From Perkinsus chesapeaki ATCC PRA-425 (taxonomy: Eukaryota; Protista; Perkinsozoa), in contig JAAPAO010000228.1 of assembly GCA_013115145.1 (NCBI GenBank), forward strand, positions 1 through 49,631: a stretch of 49,631 nucleotides of DNA. The letters are read 5' to 3'. Below are positions 1-10,767 of this stretch, piece after piece (positions within the stretch are counted from its first letter, which is position 1; the number at the start of each line of letters is the position of its first letter). Position numbers and translations under genes: made by a program. The notes under the pieces are model-generated. The model did no database searches. It was not told where the DNA came from and saw nothing but the letters and a program-made list of their open reading frames with translations.

Positions 1-202
1 TATCGGCCACTTCAATATACCCTGGGAGGTGGTGGTGGTTTAGTATCGGCCACTTCAATATACCCTGGGAGGTGGTGGTGGTTTAGTATCGGCCACTTCA
101 ATATACCCTGGGAGGTGGTGGTGGTTTAGTATCGGCCACTTCAATATACCCTGGGAGGTGGTGGTGGTTTAGTATCGGCCACTTCAATATACCCTGGGAG
201 GT
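1..202. repeat. 43-bp tandem repeat, ~4.7 identical copies, truncated by the window start
   Basis: Unit tatcggccacttcaatataccctgggaggtggtggtggtttag starts at 1, 44, 87, 130 and 173 (last copy partial, to 202). No spacers. Confidence 0.97.
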
Positions 203-3200
203 AAATTTCTAGGCCCGACGGATGGCTGATTACGGAAACCTCGAACATCGACCAAACTCGCTTTCTAGAGCATCTTACATTCGGAAGGGTTTGAAAAGGG
301 CAACTGCTACCATGCCACTTATTCTGTGGTACCTCGGTGAGATAAAGCTCCCTCCTTGTCCAGCCGAAAAAGTCAGAGCCTCTGACTCAGAGGCGAAGCC
401 TAATCCACGTGTGTACGATAGAATCTCGAGAGTAAGATAAAAGAGAGAATTTCTAAAGTTCTGATTGTTGTTGCCTCGTCGTATTTCATGGGACATGATT
501 CCTTGCAACGTAACTTGTGTTGTCATAGGAGAAGTCCAGTGTCTAGCTCAACCTTGCAGTAGCAATGAATTGCTGTATATATGTCTCGAATGATAGGATA
601 AAAAGGCACAAGCAATCAATTCGACTCAACAATAAGGAAGGTGAACACTCGATAACGATGATGGCATCTGTAGGTTCGTCTGTCCTCCGATAGAGCCGAT
701 GTTGCTCATGACCAAGGCAGTACTGTAGTACATTCAGTAGACGCAAAGCCATGAATGGCCTTGAGAAAGTGCTGTCTTCGCTGTCGCGACGTCATAAATG
801 ATGCATCTTCTCCAACCACTAAGCCTTACCTGCCTCAAATTATCATGCGGTAGAAAGTGAAATGAGCCTAAGCCGTTTCCGGGAAGCCAAGCGCGCCAGG
901 GCGCATTCGAAGCAGCTACTGCTGTATGGTTCGCGACCTTCGAAAACCGTCCTAGTCTCACTTCAGTTCCCCTCATTCCTGCTGCTTATCCCACGGTATC
1001 TCGACCACTTGTCCCATGCTGCAATCAGCTTAGTCGCTGTTGCTTTACATTGGCTCGGCTAAGCCAGGCTGGCATATAAAAACGTCAAAACCTGATACAA
1101 AAGTCTTGGCAGATGCAGCCACTTGATGTCTTTCCAATTAGTCCACTCGAGCGACCTCTTTGAATGGACTGCCTTTTGCCGGGTCCTTCTTCGCCACTCT
1201 TTCATGTTAGGCTGTGACATAAGGATACCAAAGAGGTATGACTTTCAAGTTATCACCCCACTCATTCTACGATGTTTTCATGCGTTAGAACTGCGACCTT
1301 GCCGAATGGGCGATGTCGTGGGGAAAGCCCAGACATATGGGCTGAAGAGCCCCAAAATAGAGATGAAGCGGAGCGCTACATAAGGGACATTCGATCGTTA
1401 TTCAACCATCGTGCTTCGTGGCTTCCAAACGTATAGAGCCTGATTTGCGTTACGAAAGTAAGAAGTCATCCTTTGAAGGATGCTATCAGGCACTCACTCG
1501 TGGCGAGAGGCAACCTCTCTCGACGCTGAATACAGGGTGTGAAGAACATAACTGACGTGGCCCTGTGTTTGAGAGGCATTTAGTTTATGCCACGATGAGT
1601 CAGAGTCGGCGAAGAAGGTGGAAGACATTGAAACACGAAGAAGATGACGTCAGGCAAGGAACACAAGTGAACGAGTTCTAGCACGTGGTAAGTCTTGACC
1701 ATATATCTAATTATAATCCTTGTCTTGACTTTATATGAGAATACCACAGCTAATGAACATGAAACCAGAGTATATTCAAGGACGAAAAGAATGGAGACTA
1801 GGCTAGGCACACAAGGGCTGCACAAAAACAGTCGAGATTCAGCATCGCACTTGGAAGGTTTCAGCACATAATGTCCGCGACGCGTTACCAGTGGCGTTTT
1901 CAGCTTTTTAAGGTTAACTTTCGACCCTTTGTTGTCTATTGACGCCACTTTGCACTCGCGCAGGAGTTCTTTGCGAGGAGCAGATCGATACTGCTATCTC
2001 ACGGCAGAGTTATCTTAACGACATGCATAGCCTCTTGAGCGCCTAAACGAACATCGGGGGATATAGTAGACATGCTGCTTATTCCGTCTGTCTCAGACGG
2101 CAGAGGCATGAGCTAGAGGATCGATCCTGCATTGGACACTCTTCGCCAAGTGTCTTGCTAGTAATGCCTTGGCCATGAATTTCGCTAATCATTCCCGAGT
2201 ACGGCGATGCTCTTGCACTTACCTTGGTAACTTGGTACCTTACCATAGTGCAGGCTGACTTTCTAGTCGTGAATCGGTAATGTCCACCTGCTCATCAGAC
2301 TTGCCATCTGGTGAAATTATCAGTACCAAGTAACTATCAAGTGCATGGCAACTGAAGCCAGACCCCATTACATGATGTAGTTTACATCTGGATTATCCAG
2401 AAGGATAACAATCCGGCTTCGGATTTCAGGTTACTCCTGCAAACCCCGTTTTCGATGGGATTTAACATGGAGCAATTACTCCTCTCTGTTGCACTTCACC
2501 CATGAAGGAGATATGATGTCTTAACTTGTCGAGATCATCAGGCAGCACTCATGCTCATACGTGAGTAATGAGTCCTTAGGAAACTTAACACCGCACTTCA
2601 GATCGCAATACATAGTCATCTACAAGCATCGGAACAGGTTGCATGCAGCGACACGAATGCCATCGTGGAGCCACCTATGTAAGGGGCTCCACTGTAACCC
2701 CAGCATCACGAATCGTCATTGGCGGTTTAGAACAAAATTATGCTGCAGGGGTATACAGTGGGTTGTGATGAGAGCTGTCGTAGCACGATCCCCGGCGTGC
2801 TCCCAGTTCATTGCTCCTTCTCCATTGCCTATCTTCAACTTGTATCGAGGCATTATCATGGTTACCATATAATAAGGTTACCATATCCTACTTAGAGTTT
2901 GATGCAACCAACCCTTGCTTTATTTCACGGCGCTACTCTCTCAGACCAATTCCTCCAACAGCAATATGCAACTCAGCGCGTTGCAGTACCGTCTCAGGAG
3001 AGTACTGAGTGGGATACTAGTAAAGTGGAGTTGTACGCGTGCCACTGAGTTGCCGCGTCACAGTTTCGCGAAGTTCGATCCATAACCCTCTTTTTTGTAG
3101 ACCTATTATGAGGGGCGTAACAATTCATTTTCAAGAGCTTCTGAATAGCTTCCGAATTGTAATTATGATTTGCCATATATTAGAGCACGTAGAGAACAAA

Positions 3201-3531
3201 GACAAATATCTGGTTTGGGTTTTCGCACCCTTGGTGTACCTCCGTCAGTAGAGCTCACCCGTTCCCCATCACTTAAGTCCAGCCCGGACTGTCAAGAGAC
3301 TCTCTGTAAGCTATGTGGAACTGGTCAAACCAGACCAGTTACGCTTAATAGTCAAGTCTAGTAGAGCTAGTCTTGGTAGAGGGCTTCACGATCATGAGGT
3401 TGACTTCTATCGAGGGGGCTTCATGAGCACACCACTCTACGAGCGATAGCGAACACGCTACCGCGTCATCCAGCTGTTCAAAGAGATCTAGTTAGTTATT
3501 ACTTCCAACAGCACCGTTATACACCCTGTCG

Positions 3532-5445
3532 ATGGGCATCATCCACCTTCCTGGGCTCGACTTCACTTGGAAGTATCGTTGGCTAATAAGTCCTCATGCT
3601 GCTCTGGCTCTAGCCACAGCAGCCGCTTTATTCACCATGAACAAGACGCTGAGGTCGTTGAGGAAGCAGGCATGCTTCAAAGCTCGCTTCGGTGGGCCGA
3701 GCGGCGTACGCTCCGTGATATTCAAAATCGAGATATCTGCTCCTAGTTCCTACCTTTGTTGGGATACTTTCCGCGGTCTGTGGACGACCTATTTCGAACA
3801 TTGGAAATGTATGCGGATAAATACGGCGATATCTACACAATAAGGTGACCCTCCAGATATTTTCTTACTGATTACAGCAAGGTGTTTCTCAGGTGTGTTG
3901 GGAAAGACATGGTTATTATTTCTAACGCGCAGTTGTTCAACCAAGTTCTCGAAGAGCGGCCCAAGACGTACATCAGATCAGTCAACAAGGACAAGCTAAT
4001 GTCCATTACCGGTATGTTCAGTACAGAGGGTGATGCATGGAAGCGAAATCGCCGATTGGGCTCTCCTGCATTCAACGACAAGAACACAGATGCGATGCTT
4101 CCGAGTATGGCAAGGGTCTCGATGAAATTGGTAGGCTCACTCACATCGAAACACGCTGCGATCTTTGGAGATTATCAAGGTACGTCAACTCCAGTCCTCA
4201 AGTGTTGATGGTCGCATAATATGGTCCCCAATATGGTCATAAACGGAATGGCTGCCCCTTTGCACCCTTGATGTGATCTGCGTCACTACTTTCTCCCACG
4301 ACTATGACTTTCTTAAGGCTGGTGCTGAGTCACTTATTAGTTACTTGGTAGACGGTCTTTCAGATATGAGCCTCGGCTACCGATCGCGAGATATCCAAGA
4401 GGCAATTATAAACACGCTCGACGGTTTAGGATATGCAAAGCTCCTCAGCGCTTTCCCCTGGATGACTCGCGATAGATTTCCATGGAACCTGAATCCTATG
4501 ATTAAAAATGTAAGTCACCATCAAGTCATTTCTTCCTCATCTTTCTGTTAGCTTTATGCCGGAGTAAGGTTTTTCAATACCGTATGCGATGAGATGATCA
4601 GTGAAAGGCGAAATGAACACAAGAGAGGAGAAAGGAATAGGCATGACCTGCTCGATAAACTACTGAGCCTCAAACACGAAGATCTCAGAGGAAACCTCAT
4701 CACGTGAGCCGTCGAGACTTTGATCCCCCTGTATCTACTTTTGGACTGCGTGGACCCTGTAGGTTCCTAATGGCTGGTAGCGAAACTACAGCTATGATTG
4801 TTGCTTGGTGTCTCTATTTCTTATCGATCAATCCAGATATTCAGTCCAAGGCTAGATCAGAGGTTGACGAGCTCGGTCATGATCCAGAAATCATATCGGA
4901 CATCGAAAATATGCCTTTTATCCAGGCATGCATACTAGAGACTTTAAGAGTGGGATGCCGCCGTGCCGTCTATTTCTCTAACAATCTTTTGACAGTTACG
5001 TCCTCCAGGTGTCTTACTCGTGCATGAATCCGCTTTAGAAACTTCCCTTGATGGGAAAACCATCCCGGCAGGCACGGTGGTTGCCGCTCTCCCCCGCAAG
5101 GCCATGACGAAGGGAGATCAAGGTGGCATGGTATTCAAGAAGGTGGTGACGAAGCGAGACAGTCCTTCTTAGAATGTTCCTAGGCCCGATCAATGGCTCG
5201 TTGAAGGAGCCTCAAATATCGACCAAGCTCGTGTTCGAGGTCATCTCGCATTCGGGGGAGGTCCACGACAATGCCCTGGGCAGAGTATGGCTTTGAAAGA
5301 GGCAACTGTTATCATGGCACTTATTCTACGATATTTCGATGAAATGAAGCTTCACCCCTGTGCGAACGGTGAGGTCAGAGGAGAAGCCCATTTCACATAT
5401 AAGCCGGCGAATCTCGAGATTGAAATGAAAGAGAGAAACTTTTGA
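3532..5445 (+). pseudogene. Cytochrome P450 paralog A (multi-exon), probably disrupted
   Basis: N-terminal hydrophobic anchor, I-helix FLMAGSETTA, ETLR (ExxR), RPDQW (PERF-like) and heme motif FGGGPRQCPG. Introns 3706-3746, 3845-3892 and 4131-4179 sit at the same positions as in paralog B. In-frame TAA at 4240-4242 inside a 12-nt insertion relative to paralog B; possible second phase lesion at the 5143 donor. P450 identity is secure; pseudogene status is inferred. Confidence 0.75.
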
Positions 5446-6094
5446 TCTTTGTATTACTCTTCCGGGTGCTCTCTAAGGGCTCGTTTATGTGAGGTGGAGT
5501 TGTGTTGTTGGTAACAAAAGATTTTCTGCCATTCTATGGACTTGTTAAAGTCAAACAGAGTACTTTACTATCAACACACCATCGCTGTAGCGATTTTAAT
5601 GGTAGGCTTTACTGGCGTTGTGTTTGTGTTGAATGTAGCTCATATTCTTTTTCTAGCTTCCAGGAAAGAACCCTCAAAGCAGTCCTTGCCTGCACGCGCA
5701 GGCACGTAGACAGTTGCTTAAATTAAGTGCACATTCGTATAGAACAGCGGACAATGCTGATAAAGGAGATTAACTAATAATGGGCTCATGTTCTTTCAAT
5801 TAACTTCATTGCAAAGTCGACGCCGATTTCCTTTTAAGTAACGCTACTCGCAAACGTCATCCGGACTGAGATGAAAACTATTCAATAGCGACTCTTCAGT
5901 CTTAGAACCTTCCATACACACTTAATCCTCATCCATATAGCTCAAAGTATTGTGAATTAGGGCTACTGCTTCACGAAATAACGAGATCGGTATGATGGGC
6001 ATGAACAGATATGTGCTAGCGCTAACGTACAGCAAAAGAGAGCCTTTCTACACTGGAGTCTTTAGTATGCTGTGATCCACCACTTTCATAGGTC

Positions 6095-6553
6095 TCATGT
6101 CTCATCATCCGCGACTATAATAAGCTTAACTTTGGATCCTTCAATGTCAAACGTGACAGAAGAACAGCTTGGATTATCCGCGATGACCACGAATGCACAA
6201 GGCCAATACGACAAACCTATATGAGCGAGCAGATGTGGCATGCATCCGTCATTGTTGGGAAGATAAGATCGTATGGGCTCGTAGTAATGGAAGTCGCTTT
6301 TACAGGTATAAGGTCCAGCGTTGGTTGTGAAAGTGAAAGCCGCGGAGAAGGTGCGTTTTGACGCAGTGGTTACGCTGGCCTCATAACGAGTCCCCTTGAG
6401 CGTCCCCGCATACTCCCCAATCTCAACGGAATACTTTGGGTCACCACAGCCCTTCAGCCCAGTTATCATCAGGTAAGGAATGATAAGCAATACGTATCTC
6501 AACCAAAGGGAGTATGGTTTGTCGGCGGGTTTAGCCGTACGACGGCGAATCAT
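6095..6553 (-). CDS. Small intronless secreted or membrane-anchored hypothetical protein (152 aa)
   Basis: Uninterrupted ATG ORF. Basic N-terminus, then hydrophobic LWLRYVLLIIPYLMITGLKGC; beta-rich mature part with 5 Cys. No family recognised. Confidence 0.6.
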   Translation of the reverse strand: MIRRRTAKPADKPYSLWLRYVLLIIPYLMITGLKGCGDPKYSVEIGEYAGTLKGTRYEASVTTASKRTFSAAFTFTTNAGPYTCKSDFHYYEPIRSYLPNNDGCMPHLLAHIGLSYWPCAFVVIADNPSCSSVTFDIEGSKVKLIIVADDET

Positions 6554-8329
6554 ATCTTTGTACTATAAAGTTTAAAAGATCAAAGGCGCTGTGGAGGATT
6601 CCAATGAACAACACTATTGGGTCGACAGGGCCTAACCCAAGGAATTAACCCTACTTGCACGCGACTCGCGTGACGCTAGATTAATCAATGAAAGCTACAA
6701 AGCAATGGGATATTCGCAGCCAAGGTCATCATTGGACGCGATATTACGAGAGCTCTCCTTTGGTGAACGTGCTCCATATTTGATAAACGTAACTCAATTT
6801 TCTCGTTCACCTTTCGAGTCAGGAATTCATCCGCCCCCACCGTATCGAGCTGAACAGAGCTGAACCCTACGCGTCACAGCGGTTATCGCATAACCTACTA
6901 GGTTAAACCTAGTCTCGCCCAAGAAGGTTCCCACAGGTTTGCTTACTAGTATTGAATGAAAGGGGAGCATGACCGACGAAAGTGTGGGGAGTAACACTTC
7001 TGCCGGGAGTCTCCCAAACTTTGAGACCCAAAGTTTGCCAATGGGTTTCCACTGGTGGCTCATAACGTATGGATTCAGCTCACAGCTGTTAACCGCAGCT
7101 GTGCCGTATGTTATGGGTCCAGATTGATGACTATTAGAAAACAGATCCAACCTTGCTCGGGGTACCAAAGCAGCAACTTGCTGCCAGCAAGAATCAAAGT
7201 ATCCGTAGCAGTACCATTGATGAGAGAACATAGTCTGGGGGAGGAGGCTGGCCTACAAGTTTATCATGATGAAACCTCAGTTAGCGACGCTAACTTAGCG
7301 TTACTGCATACTACTACGGGCAAGTGCCTAACGAAAAGAATTGGCCTCGGAAATACGTATGCAGCGAGTTATGGTCGATGAGGTCGGCGTGCCGAAAATA
7401 CTTCATGTCCGGCGAGGCCAAAAGGGGGGTCAAATTCGCAGTGCTTGCTCGCTATATCAATGACATCATTGTACAAGTCGAGACGACTTCTGTTCACAAG
7501 AGCCAGCGTGTATGTTCAAAGGCCAGACTTCCGTAGTCGTTTCGCAGGGCCAACTGCTGTATGGGAATAAGAACTAGCTGATAACATTCAATAGAAAATA
7601 ATAGTTTGAGCTCCGCACCGATAATCCTCTACCTGGTTGAAGGAAATGATGGAATCGGCTCGGTGAGTTTTAAAATTCGGCGACTTCTTCAGACGGAGGA
7701 GATCGCTCACAGATTATATAGTGCCACTTGCACTGCGTGAGTCCTCATACATGTACAACCTACGACTCCACTTGGTGTAAATAAGAAGGGCTGCACGTCT
7801 TAGCAATGCCACGTTAAGTTAGCCTGTGTTATGCGCGTAATACAGTATACTAGCTTGGTACTACTGAGCTCAAGAATGCCCTTTTGTTGCGGACGCCATG
7901 ACATAGTCATGATGATGGCTAAGCGGCTGATGTTCTGATGTTGGATGATTCAGTTCGCTGAGTTTGAAGATTGGTTCCGGTAAGCGATTAGCTCAATCGG
8001 ATCGAGCCGCAAGCAAACAGCCGCATGGCTCGCCGTTAATAGGTTAACGCAAGATTGCAATTTCGGTTCGGAGTACTAAGTAGACGATAGTGGGTCTGAC
8101 TGGGCTACCCACCCGGGAGGTAATAGACCAATAGTCAATTGTAGCTTGCCAAGGACTAATCAAAGCTCAGCCTCGACAGAGAAATGACCATCATCAGAGT
8201 GGGTCTCTCATCATCGAGATGCATTAGTAGCAGTACTATCGATAGGGAAATACAGTACGGCAAGGAGAGGTTGGCATCTACAATTTACCATCAACAAACT
8301 CCAGCTAGGCTAGCTGAGCTAGCAACCTT

Positions 8330-8737
8330 TTAATAGCAGGTGCCTCGGGCCATCGAAACAAGACGGCCTTGAAAGGTTGTGTCCACAGAGTCTAGGGCTC
8401 TGGTGTAAGTGAAACTCCTCATGCACGGTGAGGACGGATAGGTCTTGAGTTCACATTGCTTGTGCGCTTTATCAATGAAGTCGTTGTATTTACCCAAACT
8501 GCTAGCAGCTACAGTGTATGATAGGGTACCAGGTCTATGCTCGACAGTAAGATGTGCCGAATATTTTTCATTATAGCAATAGATGATATCATCAACGAAT
8601 GTTTGTCCTTCGTGGCTTGTCCAGGTAGTCTGAATACACACATTATTGTTGATCTTGTTACTAAAATCCCCCTCAAGATAAGCCCTTGAGCACCAAATGC
8701 CCAAGAGTAGACCGAGCAAGAGGCGAATGGTTACCAT
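8330..8737 (-). CDS. Small intronless secreted Cys-containing hypothetical protein (135 aa)
   Basis: ATG ORF with a classic signal peptide (MVTIRLLLGLLLGIWCSRA), 5 further Cys and a beta-rich composition. No family recognised. Confidence 0.7.
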   Translation of the reverse strand: MVTIRLLLGLLLGIWCSRAYLEGDFSNKINNNVCIQTTWTSHEGQTFVDDIIYCYNEKYSAHLTVEHRPGTLSYTVAASSLGKYNDFIDKAHKQCELKTYPSSPCMRSFTYTRALDSVDTTFQGRLVSMARGTCY

Positions 8738-9829
8738 ACTTACGATGAGAGATAATCAACGAAGCTGAAGATCTGTTGCAAAGAATTGCGTTCAAGACTT
8801 GAACGAGAAGGACGAGAAGGTATGGTAAAGTTGCAGATTTGACCTATAGGGGGTGAGGTGGTACACGTGAGGCACTTTAATTCTGAAATTGTGAGAATAT
8901 TGAAACTTTCAGCTTCCCTCGAAGATTCTCCAAAGAGAATTTGTACTAATAAGAATGGAGAGACTCCAAGGGCTAACCAGGATTGACCCCAAGTACTTCA
9001 CCAAGCCTGTTGACGTAGCATCCTATTTGGACCATTCAAACAAGCCTACATTTCGACCGCACACGCATGCACATCTTGGATCCATTGTCATGCTGTCCCG
9101 TGGATCCCTTCCCTTCTGAGGACGTTCCACTATTCACGCTACATTTGGGGCTCATCGAGGCTTTGCCGGTGGGATCTTCTGTTATTCGAGTCTTTGACTA
9201 GAAAGAAGGATCATTTCCACTTCCACGAACTATACGAATTCATCAAGACCACAGGAGATCACTCAACAGCACACGCCTCATCCTCATTACTACGTAGACC
9301 TCGAATGGCAGTGCCGTGGCGCCACCGTAACACCTTAGGTAGCACATAAAAAAGAACCCCAGTTAACTCTCATATTGTATGCGGGCAGAGAACACTGAGT
9401 GATCAGGCTAGGTCTGCTACGACGTCACCTTAATACTGAAGGTTTTAGTGGCTCCGTCTAAACCACCGACTTCAGTCTAAAACCGTGACGTGGAATAGTT
9501 CAGAAGTAAAACTACCGCTGGACTCGGGTAAAAGCCATGGGTGGATGGCAGCCATCGGTGAACGTGCTTCTCCACATTGACTAGTTTACACTCAATGTCA
9601 CGCACTGACAATCATCAAGTGTAACATTCTTGCATTGAAATACACTCAACCGTTAAAGCGTCATGACCATTGCCAACGACAAACAGAGCGCCCCTGAGCT
9701 TTGATGAATCCAGGGCAACAAAGTGGCTGTGAAGGACATGCGGCTCCACGAACAATGCAGTTGATAACTGCATTACTGCCACGTAGCTGTAGGCTCCTGG
9801 TACTACCGCACTTCGTGTGAATACTGAAC

Positions 9830-10030
9830 CTGGAGGGCCTGAGAATTTTTCGAATGCTCCTTAAAGAGGTGGCGACGCGCCACTGGTGACACACAGTGGC
9901 GTCTACCTTTACAAGTACTTTGGGCTCCATTCGGGAACCGTCCTAGGCTCACTTCAATCCCATCCCTTACTGGGGTTTATTGGAGGTTCATGCCGACACA
10001 TACGGGAAGATGTACGCAATCCTTTGAGTC
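9830..10030 (+). pseudogene. Degenerate 5' fragment of a third P450 paralog
   Basis: 9947-10024 reads AHFNPIPYWGLLEVHADTYGKMYAIL*, against LEIFADTYGDIYQI (paralog B exon 2) and LEMYADKYGDIYTI (paralog A exon 2). Bounded by stops; no convincing downstream exons. Confidence 0.5.
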
Positions 10031-10767
10031 GTCATGCATTTGCGTTGACCTGACTTATTGATACGATAAGAGACGGTAGGAACGTTGACAATGAGTTATG
10101 CTTCCAGCTTCTCCTTGCCAAACCTTTTTCAAGATTCTACCGACGATGAACTGTAACCATTATAAGCGACACTCTAGGGTTAGCTCACGGAACCAGTTTC
10201 TCTCACTTTTAGTGGATAGGTCGAAGCTTGGTAGCTTCCTTCTAGCTCATCTATATGTTGTGTTCGGGTACAGATGTTATCATCAATCGCATCGAGCCGG
10301 TCACCCAAGCCGTAAGTATATGAATAACCGTCCGAGTTTGAGAGGATGCTAGAAGGTTCATAGATTTAGCATACTGTACTAGATTCGAGGGTACTTCGCG
10401 CATGTACTGATGTACTGGTCCTTGCCAGCAACCTTCCTCCCATATACACCTACTTAAGAAGTAGGATTAATCCGCGCAAGAGATTTTCGGTAAGAGATAT
10501 TGAAAGACTTCTACATCGAGATAGAATGGGTTGTAACTTCTTGAAGAGGATCTTGATTGCCGCTACAAGGGGCTACCTCTTGGACGGACTATACTGTATC
10601 CTCGATCTTTGCACTCTCAATAACTCAACACCAGAGTAGCTCATGAAACTAAATGTCTACAAACGATCTGGCGATCGTAATGGTGACCATGGAAGGTGGT
10701 AAAGTGGGTAGGGCAAGTTTGCCCGGGGGACAGTGAGCCTAGCATGATTTATACTCCAGCGCGAACA

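Noticed and set aside
1-202. Telomeric repeat (contains GGTTTAG) or coding repeat
   Set aside because: TTTAG is followed by T, not GGG, and the unit is 43 bp. The length is not a multiple of 3 and the reverse strand hits a stop within two units.
2200-2560. Possible RT relic on the minus strand (…PDDLDKL…PSKT…)
   Set aside because: The similarity is limited to a DD pair and spacing, with several stops. Not distinguishable from chance without a search.
7985-8075. tRNA gene or tRNA-derived SINE (TAGCTCAATCGG A-box, GCTC/GAGC D-arm, GGTTCGG)
   Set aside because: No acceptor-stem or T-stem pairing, the B-box is imperfect and the spacing is too long. At most a degenerate relic; tRNAscan-SE would settle it.
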